Part shown: in pieces, positions 28,389 to 39,777 of the stretch | Position numbering within the stretch: position 1 is the first letter of the stretch | Layout of the letters: each line of letters begins with the position of its first letter | Assembly: GCA_963823665.1 (NCBI GenBank) | Contig: CAWGMQ010000003.1 | Location: forward strand, 288,001-352,000 | DNA length: 64,000 bases | Reading direction: 5' to 3' | DNA from: an uncultured Planctomycetota bacterium | GTDB taxonomy: Bacteria > Planctomycetota > Planctomycetia > Isosphaerales > Isosphaeraceae | Position numbers and translations under genes: made by a program | Notes under the pieces: model-generated | Seen by the model: only the letters and a program-made list of their open reading frames with translations | Database searches by the model: none | What the model was told of the DNA's origin: nothing

Positions 28389-30287
28389 TCACGCATTCCT
28401 GCGCTGTTCGTAATACTGGCTCAAGAGCAGAATGCGCTTGACCTGGCGCGCCACCACGTACCCGATCAGAAGCACTCCGGCCACGAAGATGTTCGCATGG
28501 ACGAGGTCGGGGCTGGGATTCCAGAGGGGCTTTCCGTCGCGCCAGGAGAAGGCGGCGTCCAGGTAGAGCCAGATGCAGGCCAGCATCGCCATCGCAGTCG
28601 TGAGCCAGACCAGCCAAACCCGCCACCAGAGGCCGGATGCGGCCACCAGGATGGGATAGCCCACCAGCAATGTGGTCACGATCCGGACAACGGGCGCGCC
28701 GTCGGGCACCAGGCGTTCCACGTGCTCGAACAGCTTGATCTCCGTGGTGACGAACACAATATCGGCGGCTGACCAGAACACCCGAACGCGATCGGTTTGC
28801 CATCCGGCACGCGTCATGATCTGAAACAGGATCGCCGAGAAGGCCCAGAGCGCGAGCACGCCCTGGATCGTGTAATGGTGGCGAAAGTCCGGCGTGTCCG
28901 AGACGAAGTAATAGTTGAACTGGGCGATCAGCGCGACGAGGAAAAGCCCGCCTAGCCGCGCGACTAACTCGGGCTCGCGGCGCTGCCAGCGCCTCAGGCG
29001 CGGAAGGAACGACGTGGCGTCGATCACTTCGCCCTGAAGGTGGCGCTCGAGCTCCTCAGCGAGGGCCAAGGCCGAGGGATAGCGCTCCTTGGGATCTTTC
29101 TCCAGGCATTTGAGACAGATCGTTTCGAGCTCCCTGGGAGTCTCCGGCCGAAGCTCCCGCGGCGGCAGAGGATCTCGCTCGAGCACTTCGACCACGGTCT
29201 CCATCACCGTCGGATTGCGAAAGGGAGGCACGCCGGTCAACAACTCGTACAGGATCGCCCCCAGGCCGTAGACGTCGGTGGCGGGCGAAAGGCTCTTGCG
29301 GGCGCCGGAGGCCTGCTCGGGTGCCATGTAGCTGGGCGTTCCCAGGATCGCACCGCTCAAGGAGAGCGAGCTATCCTCGCTGGCGCGCTTCGCCAGGCCG
29401 AAATCGGTGACATAAGGCCGGCCGTCACGCTCGAGCAGGATATTCGATGGCTTCAAATCGCAATGAAGAAAGCCGTGCTCGTGGGCGAAGTGGACCGCCC
29501 GAGCCACCGTGGCCACGAGCCGAGCGGCGGCTCGCGGCTCTAACGCCGATTTTTCTCGAGCTTTTTCCTTGATCAAATGAGACAGGCTCTGACCTTCGAT
29601 GAGCTTCATGCTGAAGAAAGGGCAGCCTTGAAACTCGGACACTTCATAGATTGGAACGATATTGGGATGGTCGAGGTTGGCAGCCAGCTCGGCTTCGCGG
29701 AGAAACCGCTCTCGCTCTTCGTTGCTGGCCATCTGGCCGGTGAGGATCATCTTGAGCGCGACCAGCCGCTTGACCGGCTTCTGCCGCGCCTTTTAGACCA
29801 CGCCCATGCCGCCGCGAGCGATCTCCTCGAGCACCTCGTACTCGCCGATCCAGCCGAATGAACCGGCCGCCCCTCCGGGAAAGCTTGCTGAATCGCCCGG
29901 TCGCGGAGGCAGAAACGCCGTGGGAAGATCGCCGGGAGAGAGGAACTGAGGATCTTTTGCGATCGAGCGGCCGAGCCCGGATGAGCCGGCGGTTGTCGCG
30001 CACTCGGCGAATGCGGCGTCAATATCGCTCATGGCTTCGGGAAACCGGCTCGTGTAGCCGGCACGCGTGGGGGATTGACCCGAGGAGTGCTTCATCTCCA
30101 ACTCGAGAAACAGCAGTTCGCGAAGCAACATCCTTCGGTCATCCGGGCAGGCGCAGTCCAGGTAATCCTCGATCCGGGGCCAATTGCCTTGGCGGGCGCA
30201 GGCTTCGAATTCTTCGCACAGCAAGTGGATGCGCTGCGCTTGCTCGAGATCGCCGGGCGAGTTCACGTCGAGGGAGTCGCCGGCCAT
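28389..30287 (-). CDS. Membrane Ser/Thr protein kinase (in-frame TAA at 29793-29795)
   Basis: RGGMGVV*KARQ, HCDLKPSN, DFGLAK, GTPSYMAPEQ, DVYGLG, C-terminal TM helices; start overlaps the ECF stop (TGATG). Confidence 0.92.
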
Positions 30288-30922
30288 CAGGCCACCTCTC
30301 CGCGCGCGAGCCATGTCTTGCGGATCAATTCCAATCGCCGGGCGACGGTGCGGCGGGCGCAGCCGAGCTGGGCGGCGATCTCGTCGTTGTTGTAGCCTTC
30401 CATGCGGCAGAGGGCGACCTGGCGCAACGAATCGTCATCGAGGGCTTCGAGGAGGATGCGGCACTGCTCGGCCATCATCGCGGCGAACTCCGGAGTCGGC
30501 CCCTCGGCGGCGACCTGCTCGAGACCTGCCAGGGGCCCCGCGCTCACGTCGCCTTCGTGGCCAAAGAGCACCGCTTCGGAGACGACGCGTCCGCCGCCGC
30601 GTTTCTGTCGTGCATTTCGATTGGCCTGGGCCATCGCCTTGCGGGCGGTGATCACGACCAGGAGCCGCCAGAGATCATCCCGATCGGCCAGTTGCGGGAA
30701 CTTACCCCGCGCGGCGCCGGTGCAGAAACTGTTGAACGCGCTCAGGGCCGCATCTTCCTCATCCTCGCCGGCACCGGCGGGCCGCATCTTCTTGAGCTTG
30801 GTCCTGGCAACCACAACCAGCTTGGCGAAGTAGCGCTCCCAGAGCGGCTGCGCCGCGGCCTGATCGCCGTCCTTCAGCTCGCCGAGCCATCCCGTGATCG
30901 AATGACCATCCTCGTCCGACAT
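30287..30922 (-). CDS. ECF-type sigma factor (planctomycete kinase-associated type)
   Basis: HSITGWLGELKDGDQAAAQPLWERYF, DEEDAALSAFNSF, MEGYNNDEIA...RTVARRL. Confidence 0.92.
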   Translation of the reverse strand: MSDEDGHSITGWLGELKDGDQAAAQPLWERYFAKLVVVARTKLKKMRPAGAGEDEEDAALSAFNSFCTGAARGKFPQLADRDDLWRLLVVITARKAMAQANRNARQKRGGGRVVSEAVLFGHEGDVSAGPLAGLEQVAAEGPTPEFAAMMAEQCRILLEALDDDSLRQVALCRMEGYNNDEIAAQLGCARRTVARRLELIRKTWLARGEVA

Positions 30923-31294
30923 TGCCATCCTCGTCGTCTCCGGCGGGTTTGCCGCCGCGATTGGGTTCCAGACGCCGCGCCTCGCACCTCCAGACCTCGT
31001 TATTGTAACCGCGAAATGGCCGCACGCCACTCACGGCGCGCGGGAGCCAATCGGCGGGGTCAGGGGTCACGCCGAAGGTGGGTTGTCGCCCGTGATGGCA
31101 CACAACGGCCGGATTTGAGCATGAAACACTCTAGGAGACGCTCCAGCCCGGGCTGCAATCCGCAACCGTGCATGCTCTCTCCATCCGGGAAAGTTTGAAT
31201 TCCGACGTATTTCCTCGTGATTCCCAGGCGACTTGTGAAGGATAATTGAGTCGGCAGATTCAACCTCCATGCTGATTCATCGGGAGACGGGGTC

Positions 31295-32323
31295 ATGTCC
31301 GGTTTGAGCGAACGTGAATGCGCGGAGCCGCGACCCGGCATGGATCGCCGGGCCTGGCTGCTTCGCGCAGCGTCAAGCCCGGCCGTGCTCGCGGGGATCG
31401 CGGGATCAACGAGTCTGGGCCGCACCACACAGGACGAGAAGCAAGACCCGGCCGGCGTTGCCGCGCGGGAGCTCGAGCGCGCCCTGACCCGGGTTCGGGC
31501 CGTCACGGGCGGCTCCCTGCAATCCGCCGCCTCGGAGCATTACCAGGCCCTTGGCGATGCCTCCGAGTCGTTCATGAAGATAGCACTCGAAGACTGCGAG
31601 CTGATCGCCCAGGACTTTCTGGATTACTACCGGGCGAAGGGATTCGAGGTGAAGGCTCCCGCGCGGCGGATGACGGTGGTGGTCTTCCGGGACGAGCGTC
31701 CGTTCATGGAGTTCGCCCGCAAAACCGTGCGCAACGTGCCGCCCAACGTGGTGGGGTTCTACTCGCGCGTCGACAACTACCTCGTGCTCTTCGATTCCCG
31801 CAACGTGCCTGCGGCCCAGCGCGGCGGGGCGCTCAAGAACATGAGGAACCTGGCGCATGAGGGGACGCACCAGTTGAGCTTCAATTCGGGACTGCTGAGT
31901 CGCAAGGGAGATACTCCCGCCGCAGTGGTGGAGGGCCTGGCCTGTTACGGCGAAACGCGGCGCCTGCGCGGCCGCAGCGAGCCGGGACTCTTGAACAGTG
32001 AACGGCTGGACGACCTGGCTCACATTCAGCGGCGGTCGAAGTGGATCAGCACGGCCGACCTGCTGACGGACGACTCGCCCGCGGGCGGCGGGAACTTCGA
32101 TCGCATGCAGCTCTTCTACGCTCAGAGCTGGATCTTGATCTACGCGCTCATGAAATCGCCGCAGCGATTGGCCGAGTTTCAAGCTTACTTGAAGACGATC
32201 CTGCCGCGCGTCGACAAGAAGAACCGCGTGGCCGACGCCGCGAAGAGTTTTGGCGATCTCGATCGCCTCGATCAAGAACTGCGTCAAGAAGCAATCCGAC
32301 TGCAAAAGGAACCGAGGCCGTGA
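31295..32323 (+). CDS. DUF1570 (putative zinc peptidase-like) protein with Tat signal
   Basis: DRRAWL, GFYS, AHEGTHQLSFNSG, EGLACYGE, FYAQSW. Confidence 0.88.
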   Translation: MSGLSERECAEPRPGMDRRAWLLRAASSPAVLAGIAGSTSLGRTTQDEKQDPAGVAARELERALTRVRAVTGGSLQSAASEHYQALGDASESFMKIALEDCELIAQDFLDYYRAKGFEVKAPARRMTVVVFRDERPFMEFARKTVRNVPPNVVGFYSRVDNYLVLFDSRNVPAAQRGGALKNMRNLAHEGTHQLSFNSGLLSRKGDTPAAVVEGLACYGETRRLRGRSEPGLLNSERLDDLAHIQRRSKWISTADLLTDDSPAGGGNFDRMQLFYAQSWILIYALMKSPQRLAEFQAYLKTILPRVDKKNRVADAAKSFGDLDRLDQELRQEAIRLQKEPRP

Positions 32324-32359
32324 GGCCACGGCTCTTGGCCGAGCCGAGCGGGACCCACC

Positions 32360-35300
32360 ATGTCACCCAGCGACCAGACGCTCGAGCCCGTGCTCTCAGA
32401 CGCTTCAAGCGAGGAGCTGGGCCACATCGCGTATTTCCTCGAGCGCCTGGCCGAGCTGCGCGACCGCGGTTTGATCGACGAGCACGCCTATGACATTGCG
32501 GCCGGCGAGTGCCGAAGCCGCCTCGAGGCCATCGATCGAACGGGACGTTATGAAACCTGCATGGTCAAATCCAGGAGCCGGTCCAAGAACTGGCCGAAAC
32601 AGGCGATTGAGTGGGCCGAGCAGGCGATTCAGATCGATCGGGAGCGCATCGATGCCTGGCGGATGATCGTCGAGCTTTGCTGGGCCGAGGAAGACGACGA
32701 GACGGCGATCGCGTGGTGCACGCAGGGTGCCGAGCTTTTTCCCGAGCTGCAAACGAATCTGGAGCGCATGCGCGCGGAGCTTGCCCCGCGGGAAGAGCGT
32801 CGCCTGGAACGGGCGCGGCGGGCCAAGCTTTCACATGAGGCCTTCGAGCGTCGGCAGCAAGTCCGCAACGCCCTCGAAGAAAAGCGGTTCTCCGATGCCT
32901 GCGTGATCTGCGAGGAGATCCTTGCCGAGCGGCCGGACGACCTCGAAGCCCTGGCCAACAAGGCATTCGCACTCAGGCACATCGGTGAAATTGACCGGGC
33001 GCTGGAAGTCTACGGCCGTTTGATGAAGCTTGAGCCCAGTAACTCGGTGTGGGCACGATGGGTGCAAACTCTGCGAAAGGAGCGGCTCCCCGCGGTGGCG
33101 AAGGCGCGGCGTGATCGCGGGGACGAGCCGGCGGCGAGCACGTCGCCGGCGGACGCTGTTTTCGTTCCCGAGGAGCGTTCCTGGTCGGGCTTCGCGTCGG
33201 AATTCGTCAAGGAGCACTGGCAGAAGCTCATTCTTTCCCTGGCCGTGCTCTTGATCGTTGTGAGCTCGACGGTCGGGGCACACCTTCTGCTGGGCGACCT
33301 GCTCTGGTCTCCGGAGGGAAAGTGCACCCTCGCGCTGGCGGGGACCTTACTGCTGGCGGCGCTCGGCACGGGGCTCGAGCGCTGGGGTGCCGGCCGGGCC
33401 GGTCGGATGATGCTGATCACGACGCTGATCGTCGTGCCGATCCATTTCATGCTGGCAGGAGAGCTCAGGCTGCTGTTCCAACCGGCCTCGATGCGCCTCG
33501 TCTTTCTGGCGGTGATCGCCCTGGTGCTCGTGGCGCTCGTGCGCTGGGCCAGCGGCCGGCTGGCCGAGCCCAAAGGTGCCTGGCTGATGACGGTTTCGCT
33601 GCTCTTGATCAGTCTGGGAAGCGCCGCCACGACGCGCGGCTCGTCCATCGCGTCGGCGCTTCAGTTTGCTTGCTTTCTGTTCGCGCCGGTCGTCTTCCTG
33701 GCGACGGTCCTGGCGATGGGCAAGCGACAGTGGAGTGGGTCGGAGGCCGGGCACCGCGAGTATGTCTACACCATGTTCGGCGTGCTCGGCTTCGCGCTCT
33801 TTTCATGTCTGATCCGCGCCGGCGCGTACGTGCTGCGCCTGGAACCGGCGCTGTACGCACTGCCTGCGATGCTCGGCGGGATCTCCGTGGTGCTCGCATG
33901 CCACCGTCTCGCTCCCTTTGAGCCGGACAAGAAGCGCCTGGCCCTCTACGAACTGGGCGGCTACGTCCTCTCGGGACTGGCGTTCGCGCTGGCGTTTTCG
34001 GGCCCCTATGTCTCTTCGGCCAACCTGAGCGCGAACATCGTTGCCGTCGCGTCACTTGGAATTGCACTGTACTCGGTCGGCCTCTGGAACGACCGGAATC
34101 CCGCATTCCTCTATCTGGATCTGGGAGCCTACCTCGCCCTTCGCGTCGGTTTGTGGTATTTCGTGGCCGAACGGTTTTACGCCCTCGAAGATCGGATTGC
34201 GCTCGCGCTCGGCTATGCGGGCCACCTTCCGATACCGTTCCGCGCGAGTGTCGCTATTCTGATCAACGTCGTGCTTGGCGCGCTCGCAATCTGGTTTGTC
34301 AGAGGCTGGAAGGACCGGCGACTGGCCCGGCACTGCCATTACATCGGATTGCCGCTGTCGGTCGCAGCCTGCGCGTGGAGCACGTTCGAGCCGCGCGCGG
34401 CCTGCATCTGCCTCTCGGCGTATGCGATCCTTTATCTGCTGGGGGTGTGGCTCTTCTCTGCCCCGCGCGTGACCTATCTGGGAGTGACGGCGCTGGCTGG
34501 TGCGGTCTATTTCGGCTCGACGCTCGTTCCCGGCACGACGATCGCCGGCCAGGCGCTCCTCGCAGCCGCGATTGGGTTCGCGTACTGGTCGATCCGATGG
34601 GTGCTGGGCCGCCTGCGAGTGGATGCGCTGTACCAACGCCCCTGGCTCCACGCCGCGCTCGTGCTCATGATGGTCGGGCTCGCCGCCGGCACAGCGGGTG
34701 TGCTGGTGAAGCTCGGCGGGGTTGCGACCGGTAGCATCACGTTCGGGCTGATCGCGGTTCTGGCCATTCTCGTCAACCTCGAGATACCGAAGCCCATCTG
34801 GGCATACGTCGCGTTCTTGAGTTTTCTCGAATTGATGATCTGCGCCACCGGGATGACCGCGCCCGAGCGCGTCGTGCTTGCTCACGAGCTGGGCCGGCTC
34901 GTGCTCGGAGTCGTTCTGGTCGTACTCGCGGTGTCGGAAGCTGTGCGCGGCATCACGCCGGAATCGAACCGGCTTGCTGCGTGGGCGATCCATCCTCAAT
35001 GGCCTGGCGTTTTTCGCACAGCCGCCGGGCGATTCGCCATTGCGGCGACGGCGGTGGCTGACGGGCTCGCCCTGCTCGACATCGAACGGGCGTGGGCGAG
35101 CGGCGTGATCTTTCTGCTGGGGTCGGTCACGTTGCTCTGGTCGAGCCGCATTGTCAGCCGGAAAGCGGTCGTGTACTTGGGGCTCGCCCAACTGTCGGCC
35201 GCGACACTCGACTTCACGTGGTGGGCGACTACTCCCGGCCAGATCGAAATCCGGCTCGCGTGGCTTGGGCTGGCGGCGGCCGTGCTCGGGCTTTCGCTCT

Positions 35301-38198
35301 GGATCGCGGCCACGCTCGCGCGTCGCGGCGGACTCTCCGATCTCTACACCGCGCCGTGCCTCGAAGCGACGTTTCTGCTGACTATCGTCACATTCATCGG
35401 GGTGATCGACGCGCGGTATCTGGGTCGCGAAGCCTTCCGCCTCGGTGTGGCGGCCCTCTTTACAAACGCGGCTGTCACTGTCCTGCTGCTGGCAAGCTGG
35501 CGACGGGCCGAGCTTGTTTACTCGGCCGTGTTTCACCTGGTGGCCGCGACGTACCTGGTGCTCTTCAGCACAGGGAATAACGACCCCGCGATGGCGTATA
35601 TTCTGGGGCTCGTCGCGGTGATCGAGGCGCTCGCGCTCTGGATCGGCTGCCTGTTCTGCGCCCGTGCTAGAGGCGCGCTCGTGCTTGAATGTGCTCAGCC
35701 GCTCGGGCACTGGGCAGTGTTCATGACGGCACTGGCGGTGCTGCTCTGTTCGAGTTCGTCTTTGACGATGGCGCTGGTTGCGCCTTTCGCTCTTGCTGGC
35801 GGTAAAAGGCTTGCCGCGCGCCGAGTGGCTTTACGGTACCGTGGCGGCACTGGCGGTCGCGTGCTACTGGAAGTGGCTGCATTCCTGGCCCGGCGTGCCG
35901 CTCATCGCGCTTGTGCTGCTGGCGGCGTTCGGGCTCTGGCTGCTGGCCGTGCTGCTCGAGCGCGGGAAGCCCGCGATATGCCGCGTGCTGGGGCTTGCAC
36001 GACTGCCGTATGAGTATCCGCTCTTCCATTCGGCGATGGCGGCGGGCGCAGTCGCGCTGCGCTGCGGGTGAATTTGAGCACGCGGGACGGAGCGTTGCAT
36101 GGACGGCACATCCGTGGCTTCCGCTGGGTGTGTCCGTCCTTTGTGTGCTACTGGTCCGCGCGTATCCGAGCCGGATCTGGGTGCACGCGGCGCTGGTGTT
36201 GCTCACCTGGACGATCGTGGGGCTTCTGGCGCCGACGCTGGATTCGGCGTGCGTGATCGCGCTTGCCGGGGCAGGCCTGGCGTGTGCGCTCCTCGCGGTC
36301 GAGCGGATGCTGCGGCCGATTGAACCGGCGCTCTGTCATCGGGCCGGCGTGGTCGACGTGGGGTTTGCCCAGGTGATGCGCGGATGGGCCCGGGCGATCT
36401 TCGGCATCTCGGCGTGTCTGGCGTCGGCAGTCCTGGTTGATCAGATGGTCGCGGCGCTGCTCGGGACGGGCAAGCTGCAGTTCGCGGTTTCATCGGCGGA
36501 CTGGTGGGCGATGGCCGCGGCGATCGCGCTGCTCGGTGCGTTTGTCGTGGGGCTCGGCAGTGATTCGGACGGCCCGGCTGTTGTCGAACCAGAGCACATC
36601 GTCGTCGCGCTTCACTGGGTGATCGTGGGCCTGGTGTGGTGGCTTGGCGTCGCGACATCGCCGATCATGGAGGGGCCGCCCGCCGGGCGGATATATTATC
36701 CGCTGGCGACCGCGATCGCTGCGCTCGCCACCGCGCAGCTTCTCTCGCGATTCGCGCTTCCGCCGGATGGGACGAGCTTCCCTGGCTGCCCGACCTGCGC
36801 TCCGATCGTATCACCCGGCTCTTCTCGATCCAGCCGAGCATTCTGGCGGTCCTGGCGGTGTTGTTCACACTCGGTGAGATCTCCGGGTCGACCGCGATCA
36901 GCTCGCTCGTCGCTGCGATTGCGCTGGGACTGGTGGCGCTTCGCACGAAATGGAATGCGGCGGCATTTGCGGGGAGCCTTTCGTGGGAGTTTGCGTGCGC
37001 GACGGCGGGCCTGCTCCTGGCGAAACAACTTGACCGCAGCCGATTCGAGCCACGGTCGATCTACGCTGCGGCGGGCATACTTACGGCTGCGTTTCTCCTG
37101 TGGAAGCTGGCGGGAATTCTGCGCAGCGAGGGGTTCTTCGGCAAGCGGCGAATCAGTCTGCTTTCCGATTCTAGCGCGGCGGGCCGAATTGCAACGGCCG
37201 TCACGCTCGAGTGGGCTGTGCTCTTCTCGACGCTCCTCGCCGCTGCCGCCACTCTCATGGCTGGCTCGCAGCCGGGGCTGCTCTGGGATTGGGAAAAGAC
37301 CGCCGGCGTCGGCCTGCTCATTGCGGCCACCGCACTCCTGGTCATGCTGGTGCCGCGATGGAAGCAGGAGTGGCTCGTCTATCTGGCGCAAGCGACGATT
37401 CTGGCGGCCTATGTTGATTTCCGCATGGCCTATCCGTGGCCGATCGCCGCGGATTCGGCCGTGTTGACCTTGCTTGGCTACCTCGACCTGGGCCTGGCCG
37501 AGATCCTCGACCGGCGGAAGCACACGATTTATGCCCGCCCTATTCGGTTCAGCTCACTCGTGCTTCCGGTCCTGCCGCTCTTTCAGCTTCTCTGGATCGG
37601 CGGCACGAAGGAAGTGGGGCTCTTCCATCTGGTGGCCGCGGCGACCTTTTACAGTGTGGCCTGTGGCCAATTGAGATGGAAGTCGCTCGGCTACGCGGCG
37701 GGAGTGTTCTACAACGCGGCGCTCTGGGTTCTCTGGAGCATCTTCGGCTGGGAGCTACAGGACCACTTCCAGTTCTTCATGGTCCCGGTCGGATTCTCGA
37801 CCATTCTCTTCGCCGAATCGCAGCGCCACGAGCTGGGTCGCTCGACGGTGAACTCGATCCGATCGGCGGGGCTCTTGATCATCTACGCCTCGCTCGCCGT
37901 GCCGATCTGGCAATTTGCCAGCTTCGGCGCGTGGCTGGCGCTCTTGGTTGCGTCACTGATCGGAATCTTTCTGGGCATCGGCCTGCGATTGCAAACGTTC
38001 CTCTGGCTGGGGCTCGCCACCTTCGTGCTTGACGTGGTGTATGAGATGGGCCGCGTGAGTCTCGACCACGCGATGGCCAAGTGGGCGATCATGCTGGTGA
38101 TGGGGTTGTGCCTCGTCTTGTTCGTGGCTTTGAACGAGAAGAAACGAATCGTGACCACGATGCGACTTTATTATGATCAGACGCGACTTTGGGAGTGA
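32360..38198 (+). CDS. Giant (~1940 aa) TPR + polytopic membrane protein, split by frameshifts near 35790, 36065 and 36760
   Basis: N-terminal helical/TPR region followed by dozens of hydrophobic segments that continue across overlapping ORFs. Confidence 0.8.
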
Positions 38199-38279
38199 GC
38201 GAGAGGCGCAAGGAGCGACGAGCAGCCGTGGCTCTTCCGCTAGAACACAGCACCCTCGCGCCAGCGGAACGAGAGAAGA

Positions 38280-38308
38280 GCAGACGGCACACGGAGTGTG
38301 CCTGCTAC
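38280..38308 (-). repeat. GTAG-type REP
   Basis: Reverse complement GTAGCAGGCACACTCCGTGTGCCGTCTGC with a GGCACAC/GTGTGCC stem. Confidence 0.75.
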
Positions 38309-38400
38309 AACAACACTCGGTCACATTCGCCGCGCCCATTGAATCGACACCGCCGTGCGGGTCTACTATCACCAGATCAGGCTCTGGGAGTCAGACACTC

Positions 38401-39777
38401 ATGGCCGGCCCCGCGCTCGCCTACGATTACCGCTATCAACATCCGTCCTTGCTCGAGGGCAGGCCCGGCAGCGCAGGCGCCAATCTGCGGCTCGCCACGT
38501 GCAGCGCCCGCGGCGAGCCGCATCCGCACTTCTTCGAGGGGCGGCTGGTCCGGCCGGGACGCGCCGCGGAGCTGCTGCGCAGTCTGGTCGAAGTGGTGCA
38601 ATCGCGGTTCCACATTCCGTCGGCGATGCTCGCGCGGATCGTCGCGCTGGCTGACCCGATCGTGACGGGGAGCGGTGAAGTCCTTCGATTCGAGGGTTTC
38701 TCGGCGTGCTGCAGCACTTACGGACGCGTCGACCTGTTGGCTGAAGCGATCGACGGCACCTGGCACGGCCGGGGCACGACGAACGTCGACTTCAATGCAC
38801 CGATGCGCGCTGCGCTGGCACGGGTTCGCGATAGCGATCAGGTCGGGCTCGCGGTTGGCAGCGATCTCGTGAGCTTGAGCCGCGGGCAGGAATCGGTCGT
38901 CGAGCGGAAAGTCGCGCTACCGGTGCGCTGGCTCAAAGGGCTGGTGGAGGTCCAGGCGTACCAGGCGCGGATGGTGCGGAAGCTCGAGGTGTCTGGATTC
39001 GAAGCCGCGCGGTTCCTGCGCTCGCTTCCCAAAGGGGCGGCGACAACACGCGCTATCGTGGTGCCGTCGGGGCGTGGGCTGCGGCTCAGCCAGGTGCCGT
39101 CGCGAGATGGCATTCATGTCGGCGGTGTTCAGCGTTTGCACATTCTCGACGAGCTGGCGCGGCACGCGAAGATGCTGCGGGTTTATGCCGACGTACAGAA
39201 CGAGGCCAGCGCGTGGGAGTTTGTGCTTGACGAGGCTCGATTCACGCTTGTGCTGAGTCCCGAGGTGTCTCGGGGGTTCTCGGGCGAGGGCCAGGTGCTC
39301 GCCAATCTGGCGGGACGACAGTGGGAAGCCGTGCTGCCACGAGTTCAGGCCTCGTTGCAGTGGGATACACAGATCGAGCCGGACGCCATCGCCGCGACAT
39401 GTGCGGCCGATCGTACCACGATCAATGCCGCGCTGGGGGTGCTGGGAGCCCGAGGGCTCGTCGGCTATGACCTGGCCGAGGGGGCGTACTTTCATCGCGA
39501 GCTGCCGTTCGACCTGGATCTGGTCGATGCCCTTCAGCCTCGGCTCGTCGACGCGCGCAAACTGGTCGCGTCGAGCGGTGTGCGAATCGAACGGAATGAT
39601 CCGACGACGGGCCAGGTCGAGGCCGTCGTGCGAGGGACGGATGTCGAACACCTCGTCCGGCTCGCACCGGAGGGAGACCGATGCACCTGCCCATGGTACG
39701 CGAAGCACCGCAATGACCGCGGGCCGTGCAAGCACATCCTGGCGGTGCAGATCTCCCTCGAGGACGAGGGCGAATGA
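38401..39777 (+). CDS. SWIM zinc finger family protein
   Basis: DPIVT...LRFEGFSACCSTYGR, GTTNVDFN, YFHRELPF, CTCPWY...GPCKHILA. Confidence 0.9.
   Translation: MAGPALAYDYRYQHPSLLEGRPGSAGANLRLATCSARGEPHPHFFEGRLVRPGRAAELLRSLVEVVQSRFHIPSAMLARIVALADPIVTGSGEVLRFEGFSACCSTYGRVDLLAEAIDGTWHGRGTTNVDFNAPMRAALARVRDSDQVGLAVGSDLVSLSRGQESVVERKVALPVRWLKGLVEVQAYQARMVRKLEVSGFEAARFLRSLPKGAATTRAIVVPSGRGLRLSQVPSRDGIHVGGVQRLHILDELARHAKMLRVYADVQNEASAWEFVLDEARFTLVLSPEVSRGFSGEGQVLANLAGRQWEAVLPRVQASLQWDTQIEPDAIAATCAADRTTINAALGVLGARGLVGYDLAEGAYFHRELPFDLDLVDALQPRLVDARKLVASSGVRIERNDPTTGQVEAVVRGTDVEHLVRLAPEGDRCTCPWYAKHRNDRGPCKHILAVQISLEDEGE

Noticed and set aside
34052..35710. Long antisense or alternative-frame ORFs (also 13461-14570, 29858-31198, 49063-50247, 54026-55159, 62565-63554)
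   Set aside because: Shadow ORFs expected in high-GC DNA opposite genes with clear motifs.
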